From: Mycoplasmatota bacterium
GTDB taxonomy: Bacteria > Bacillota_I > Bacilli_A > RF39 > UBA660
Assembly: GCA_022768045.1 (NCBI GenBank)
Contig: JALEND010000032.1
Span: 1-41,061, forward strand
Length of the DNA stretch: 41,061 nucleotides
Reading direction: 5' to 3'
In this document: one piece after another, positions 37,003-41,061 of the stretch
Layout: each line of letters begins with the position of its first letter
How positions within the stretch are numbered: the first letter of the stretch is position 1
The notes under the pieces: model-generated
Databases searched by the model: none
Seen by the model: the letters and a program-made list of their open reading frames with translations, nothing else
What the model was told of the DNA's origin: nothing
Position numbers and translations under genes: made by a program

Positions 37003-38553
37003 TTATCTATGTTTATGTGAAATTTCATAATTTTCTAAATTTTGATTTTCGGATGAAGCATATTCTTGCCGTTTAACAAGTTTTTTGTGTGTTGGAAACA
37101 GTCCACCACAGACTGTTGGGATTTGATGAATATCAGTAATACTTCCATCTAATAAATAATTTGTTCTAACTCTTTCCAGATTACAATCTATACCATCAGT
37201 CAATGACAAATATGATATACCATCAAGTTGTACATCTGATTTTCTAATAATATCTGATATTTCTTCAATTTTTTGATGTTTATATGAATAAACTTGCTCG
37301 AGCGTAACATCAGGATTATTGCCAAATAATCTAGGTATCTGAGTCCTACCTAACGACATATCAAACTCAGTAATCTGAATTTTCTTTTCGGCTCTTTTTT
37401 GTAAGATTCTAAAGTCTTCAAAACAACGTCTAATTTTATTTTCATCTTCACTGATTGTTATATGCATCTGCGAACCCAAAGTATCAATTAATCCAGGACG
37501 CTTAGAATCGATTTCATCTAACACTTCAAATACTTTTTTTCTTCTTTCATCATCTTCTAAAAATGGTTCATTATATAAGAAACTTACGCCATCAGGTTTA
37601 TGTTGTAAAGCATAATCAAAAGCTGGTAGAAGTTCATCCATGGTTATACCATATTTACTTTCCCATATATTATAATATTCTCCATTAGCATTTTTTTCAA
37701 AACTAACAATTTCATTAAATAAATCTACTGCATTTATTAAAGGCATATCTTGTCCATTAACATTAAATCTATGATTTTGATTATAATCATTTATAAAATC
37801 AATACTTTCTTTAACATAGTCTTTTATAATTTTTAATATTTCTTCTTTAGATTTTCCAATAAATAGACTTTCCATACCATCTTTTACTAACAATGAATGA
37901 TATCTAACTTGTTTGCCATTTCGATATGCAAAATCTAAATCTCTTTTTGCAAAATAAAAATCAAATCTTTTATCAGGATTATTCTCATCATATAAATCAT
38001 TTACTACATTATATATTCTTCCAGATCCTATTAACATACTATTAAAATTATCTAAGTTTCTGTTTAACAAAACCATTTCTTCATATAAATCATCTGTTTT
38101 AAGTTGATCTCTTTCTGTAGAAACAAAATGATGCCTCATATCAAATATTTCTTCATAATTGGTAGGATATTTATTTTTAATAAACTCTCTTAACCAAGGC
38201 ATAATTTCAGGAGAATTATTTGATATTGCATTTTTGATTATATCTATATCATTTTCTTGAATGCCACAATGTCTAAGTTTATTTTCAATCTTAATTTCAT
38301 TATCTGCATCATGAAATACCATAGTATCTTGATAACTCTTAAAAACTTTTTTCTTAAAATCATCCAAAGGTAAAGTTATCAAGTTTTCTAAATCTTCTTT
38401 ACTATAATTATATTTTATTTGGTCACAGTGAATAATAAAGTTAATTAGTTCACTACTATCTTTACATTGTATTATAGATAGTAGGTCAATTTGTTCCGCA
38501 CTAAAATATCCACCAATAATATCTGTATTAACTTGCAAACAATTTACATCCAT
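37003..38553 (-). CDS. Cytoplasmic glycoside hydrolase family 10-like (TIM-barrel) protein with ~150-aa N-terminal extension
   Basis: No signal peptide. FDFYFAKRDLDFAYRNGKQVRYHSLLV (compare fnF..aD..v.fA..nG..vRGHtLvW), AVDLFNEIV (WDVVNE acid/base), FLYNEPF (NDYN), LIDTLGSQMHI (IDGIGmQsH), KIQITEFDMSL (ITELD nucleophile). Own TGGTATAAT promoter about 15 nt before the SD. Confidence 0.6.
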   Translation of the reverse strand: MDVNCLQVNTDIIGGYFSAEQIDLLSIIQCKDSSELINFIIHCDQIKYNYSKEDLENLITLPLDDFKKKVFKSYQDTMVFHDADNEIKIENKLRHCGIQENDIDIIKNAISNNSPEIMPWLREFIKNKYPTNYEEIFDMRHHFVSTERDQLKTDDLYEEMVLLNRNLDNFNSMLIGSGRIYNVVNDLYDENNPDKRFDFYFAKRDLDFAYRNGKQVRYHSLLVKDGMESLFIGKSKEEILKIIKDYVKESIDFINDYNQNHRFNVNGQDMPLINAVDLFNEIVSFEKNANGEYYNIWESKYGITMDELLPAFDYALQHKPDGVSFLYNEPFLEDDERRKKVFEVLDEIDSKRPGLIDTLGSQMHITISEDENKIRRCFEDFRILQKRAEKKIQITEFDMSLGRTQIPRLFGNNPDVTLEQVYSYKHQKIEEISDIIRKSDVQLDGISYLSLTDGIDCNLERVRTNYLLDGSITDIHQIPTVCGGLFPTHKKLVKRQEYASSENQNLENYEISHKHR

Positions 38554-38714
38554 AAATATCTTCTCCTAATTATATTATACCATTAAAATAAGGCATATTT
38601 GTTTTATTTTTTGCAAATTTTATTATAAAAATGATTTTTAGATACGTTTTGTATTCAAATTGAGAATTATGTTTCTATATACGCTAAACCTTTATATTGT
38701 AAGGTTTTACGAGC

Positions 38715-38750
38715 TTATTTACCGCAGCGCTATTTATACTTCTTATCCTA
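38715..38750 (-). repeat. SEC-C-tail module, copy C (decayed, internally deleted)
   Basis: The minus strand reads (TAG)DKKYK-TAG-RCGK-TAA. The PCG part is missing. The ~15 nt after the stop (GCTCGTAAAACCTTA) resemble those after copy D (CCTCACAAGCCCTTA). Confidence 0.55.
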
Positions 38751-38884
38751 ATATTTTTTTAGTTAATTTATATTAGATATTATACTATTTTTATATTACT
38801 AAACAATCAATTTGCTCAAATTCGATCAAATTAAATCTTATTCACTTCATTTTCAAAATTTAATAACTTTTGTTATATTTATCA

Positions 38885-39646
38885 TTATTTTTTTCCAATT
38901 ATTCCGTAATATCTTCTGATTAATTTGATACCTTTTTCAGTAGTGTTTTGTTCAACATATTTTTCAAACATTTTCTTCTCTATTGGTCTTCTTTCATATT
39001 CTTTAAATGATTCTTCGGAAAAGTCATCTAATATTGGTGTTTTAATTAATAATGCATATAAATCTTCTTTTGTTTTGAAGTACTCTATTACATGGAGTGG
39101 GATTAATTCAACTTCTTTAAATCCTGCATCCATTATTGCTTCATAATCTATTAAGCTTACAGGTTTAACATCGTGATATGCTTGTCCTCTTTTAAACATT
39201 CTTTTTAAAGACCAACAATCCAATTTATCAACACCTCTTATAACAAGTTGTCCACCTTTTTTTAATGTTTTATATATTTGCAGTGGATCAATTATTGTAT
39301 GACGCGCTGTTACTAAATCAAAGTAATTATCTGGAGTATTCATTTTTAGATTGTCCATAACTCTAAATGAAATATTCTTTCTTCCACTTTGTAATAAATT
39401 TTTATTAGCTGTTTCTATCATTTCATCAGAGAAATCTGTTCCCAATATTTCAGCACAATTCGGAAAATTTTTAAGTACTTTTTCTCCTGCTGCTGTTCCC
39501 AAATCTAAAATTTTTGTATTTTCTTTTACACGTTTTTTTATTTCATCTTCATAAATCCAATTTGTAATTACTTCGCTAGTATAGTCTATATCTTCAAAAG
39601 ACCAATTAGCTATTTCACTATAAAAATCATGTTCGTTTGTTTTCAT
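38885..39646 (-). CDS. Class I SAM-dependent methyltransferase
   Basis: 253 aa. Motif I ILDLGTAAGEKV, post-I acidic GTDFSDEMI, motif IV-like FDLVTARHT, GGQLVIRG. Confidence 0.8.
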   Translation of the reverse strand: MKTNEHDFYSEIANWSFEDIDYTSEVITNWIYEDEIKKRVKENTKILDLGTAAGEKVLKNFPNCAEILGTDFSDEMIETANKNLLQSGRKNISFRVMDNLKMNTPDNYFDLVTARHTIIDPLQIYKTLKKGGQLVIRGVDKLDCWSLKRMFKRGQAYHDVKPVSLIDYEAIMDAGFKEVELIPLHVIEYFKTKEDLYALLIKTPILDDFSEESFKEYERRPIEKKMFEKYVEQNTTEKGIKLIRRYYGIIGKK

Positions 39647-39850
39647 TTTCTACCATCCTCTCTTAATCTAAAATATGATTGTATATAAAAAGAACCTCCT
39701 TTCATGAATACAACACAAAAAACAATCACAAAATTAATGTGTATATTTTTTGTCATTCATGAGGAGATTCTTAAGACTCTTCATTATTCCTTTAAACATT
39801 TATTTATCTGGTAGTAAAACGCGAATGACCAATTGATTTACTACATTTGA
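39647..39850 (-). promoter_or_regulatory. Structured ~200-nt 5' leader of the methyltransferase gene with terminator-type hairpin (unclassified cis-regulator)
   Basis: First hairpin: GUAGUAAA-18 nt-UUUACUAC. Then a long stem, GAAUCUCCUCAUGAAUGA (39753-39770) pairing with UAUUCAUGAAAGGAGGUUC (39692-39710), followed by UUUUUAUAU. The inner loop is itself self-complementary (ACAAAAAA...UUUUUUGU, CACA...UGUG). Confidence 0.5.
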
Positions 39851-39879
39851 ATTATAACAAATTAGTACTAATATGTCAA
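39851..39879 (-). promoter_or_regulatory. Consensus sigma-A promoter for the methyltransferase leader
   Basis: TTGACA (39874-39879), exactly 17 nt, TATAAT (39851-39856) on the minus strand. Confidence 0.7.
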
Positions 39880-39893
39880 AAAGCACTACAAAC

Positions 39894-39936
39894 AAAAAGG
39901 ATGTCAGCATTTAAAAATGTTGTCTGCATCCTTTTT
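39894..39936. terminator. Imperfect hairpin flanked by A-run and T-run (possible bidirectional terminator)
   Basis: AAAAAGGATG(T)CAG...CTGCATCCTTTTT. GGATG/CATCC plus CAG/CTG pairs with bulges. U-tracts are present on both strands. It closes the GNAT/copy-D unit before the methyltransferase promoter. Confidence 0.45.
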
Positions 39937-40035
39937 ACTTATTTTTTAATTCTGTCCGCATTATTTATGCTGTGTAGACAAATTTATCATTTTTTCTATT
40001 TTTAACAATTTCTTATTTTATAAGGGCTTGTGAGG

Positions 40036-40134
40036 CTATTTACCACAACAATTTTTGTACTTTTTGCCGTTTCCACATGGTAAGATATTAAAACAACCTT
40101 GTAATTTTTTCCTTTTTAATTGGTGTTTTTTATT
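40036..40134 (-). repeat. SEC-C-tail module, copy D (best preserved)
   Basis: The minus strand reads (TAA)NKKHQLKRKKLQGCFNILPCGNGKKYKNCCGK-TAG. The frame is 32 codons long with no ATG/GTG/TTG start, about 75 nt downstream of the GNAT stop. Confidence 0.75.
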
Positions 40135-40207
40135 TTAAATCTATATTTTTTTACTGAAATATTGCAAGTTCTTATTCAATAACTTATCTAAAAAAATTTA
40201 TTTTTTA

Positions 40208-40690
40208 TTACAGCTTTTTGATATCGGTATACATTCTAGGATGATATCCTTTTTTATTATAAAAATTAATAGCATTTTCATTATAAGCAAAAACATCAAC
40301 CAAAACATATTCACAATTATTAAACTTAAAATATTCTTCCATCTTATCCATTAAAACTTGTCCAACACCTTTACTTCTAATTTTATTTGTAACGATTAAT
40401 TCTGTAATTTCTCCTCTTTTAGGACATTTATAGTCTAGATAATCATATTCGTCATATGTAGGAATCGTACCCATAATAAGTCCGATTACTTTATTGTTTT
40501 CTACTGCTAAATAGCATTTACCATTATTCTTATTAACATCTTCTAAATCTAAAACTGCCATTTTTTCTCTATATTCAGGATGAACTTGATCCAAATGATC
40601 TTTATCTATTGATACTATATACTCTTCAAGTTCAACTAATAAGTCTTTAACATCTTCTATATATTTATCTTCATATTCTATTACTTGCAT
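40208..40690 (-). CDS. GNAT-family N-acetyltransferase
   Basis: 160 aa. Motif A ITELIVTNKIRSKGVGQVLMDKMEEY (R/Q-x-x-G-x-G), motif B AINFYNKKGY. Confidence 0.85.
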   Translation of the reverse strand: MQVIEYEDKYIEDVKDLLVELEEYIVSIDKDHLDQVHPEYREKMAVLDLEDVNKNNGKCYLAVENNKVIGLIMGTIPTYDEYDYLDYKCPKRGEITELIVTNKIRSKGVGQVLMDKMEEYFKFNNCEYVLVDVFAYNENAINFYNKKGYHPRMYTDIKKL

Positions 40691-41055
40691 TTTTTAATCA
40701 CCTCAAATACTTCAAATATCACTTTAGTATTTTCATTAAAATTAGGATCTATTTTTTTAAAAAAATTCATATGATTTTCTTTCCATTCATTTAATGATTT
40801 ATCCTCACCCTCTAATTTTGCTAAATCCCATGTAATATTTTTAAATTCAGTAATAATAACATTAATTGTTTTTATAAAGCATACATTGTTATCTTTTAAA
40901 TCAGTCAATATTGATATATTCCCAACTTTTGAAACATTATCCAGTTCATATAAAGATGTAGTAGCTGTCTTTTTACCATCTAATACAAGATTAACTAATC
41001 TATCTACATCAATTCCAAAAGTCCATCTATCGGGTTTATTTAATAGAACTATCAT
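40681..41055 (-). CDS. ASCH-domain (PUA-like fold, YqfB-type) protein
   Basis: 124 aa. ...DGKKTATTSLYE... N-terminal strand and LAKLEGEDKSLNEWKENHMNFF (the EGEGD.SL..W...H..FF block of ASCH proteins). Overlaps the GNAT start by 10 nt. Confidence 0.7.
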   Translation of the reverse strand: MIVLLNKPDRWTFGIDVDRLVNLVLDGKKTATTSLYELDNVSKVGNISILTDLKDNNVCFIKTINVIITEFKNITWDLAKLEGEDKSLNEWKENHMNFFKKIDPNFNENTKVIFEVFEVIKKCK

Positions 41056-41061
41056 TTTTTC

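Noticed and set aside
39901-40005. Plus-strand 34-aa hydrophobic ORF (MSAFKNVVCILFTYFLILSALFMLCRQIYHFFYF*), considered as a type I toxin-like peptide.
   Set aside because: - The only SD-like AAAGG abuts the ATG with no spacing.
- The start codon sits inside the hairpin and T-run at 39894-39936, which would terminate a plus-strand transcript.
- There is no supporting homology.
36175-40150. Interpreting the SEC-C-tail repeats as integron attC sites, i.e. a classical integron cassette array.
   Set aside because: - No IntI-type integrase or attI is visible.
- The repeats lack the R''-L''/L'-R' inverted-repeat symmetry and the GTTRRRY core.
- Each gene carries its own promoter, unlike integron cassettes.
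1-41061. CRISPR arrays, rRNA/tRNA/tmRNA/RNase P/SRP genes, and intact IS elements or prophage blocks.
   Set aside because: - Intergenic regions are short. The longest are about 340-450 nt and are accounted for by leaders, remnants and terminators.
- I saw no regularly spaced repeats, tRNA-like cloverleaf segments or transposase ORFs.

Overview
This is a very AT-rich chromosomal segment of low-GC Firmicutes type. It uses the standard genetic code: UGA terminates ORFs, and RF2 carries its UGA autoregulatory frameshift site. Every recognisable gene except one, the MurJ-like flippase at 25029-26666, lies on the minus strand.

Most of the window is conserved housekeeping content:
- rlmH, a yycJ-like MBL hydrolase, a LysM/G5/M23 peptidase, dnaB, rplI, rpsR, ssb, rpsF and ychF
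- an AbgT-type transporter, DUF951, mscS, parB and parA
- whiA, trxB, lgt and a DUF360 protein
- uvrA and uvrB
- a cell-wall block: MurJ-like flippase, Asp racemase, an ATP-grasp ligase of probable D-Asp type, a coiled-coil M23 peptidase and ftsEX
- a YitT-like protein, prfB, a histidine-phosphatase-like protein and T-box-controlled tyrS

Two regions look accessory.
- 21.6-24.9 kb: a decayed tyrosine-recombinase fragment, an unusual 590-aa PEP-utilising (ATP-grasp plus swivel-His) enzyme with an uncharacterised N-terminal domain, and a disrupted VanZ-like gene.
- 36.2-41 kb: a same-strand string of unrelated single genes, namely a YjjX-type NTPase pseudogene, a cytoplasmic GH10-like protein, a SAM methyltransferase and a GNAT+ASCH pair. 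The first four genes are each followed by a decaying direct copy of a short module encoding a SEC-C/SecA-tail-like motif (...PCGxGKKYKxCCGK*). I consider this repeated tail and cassette pattern the most interesting unexplained structure in the window.

Other sequence-level observations:
- a Tyr5-run upstream ORF with its own strong SD, wedged between the T-box terminator and the tyrS start
- a consensus promoter plus long terminator-type leader in front of the methyltransferase
- a TTCGTC-N3-GACGAA palindrome upstream of uvrB
- a racemase N-terminal remnant inside the ligase-racemase operon

I saw no rRNA or tRNA genes, CRISPR array or intact mobile element.
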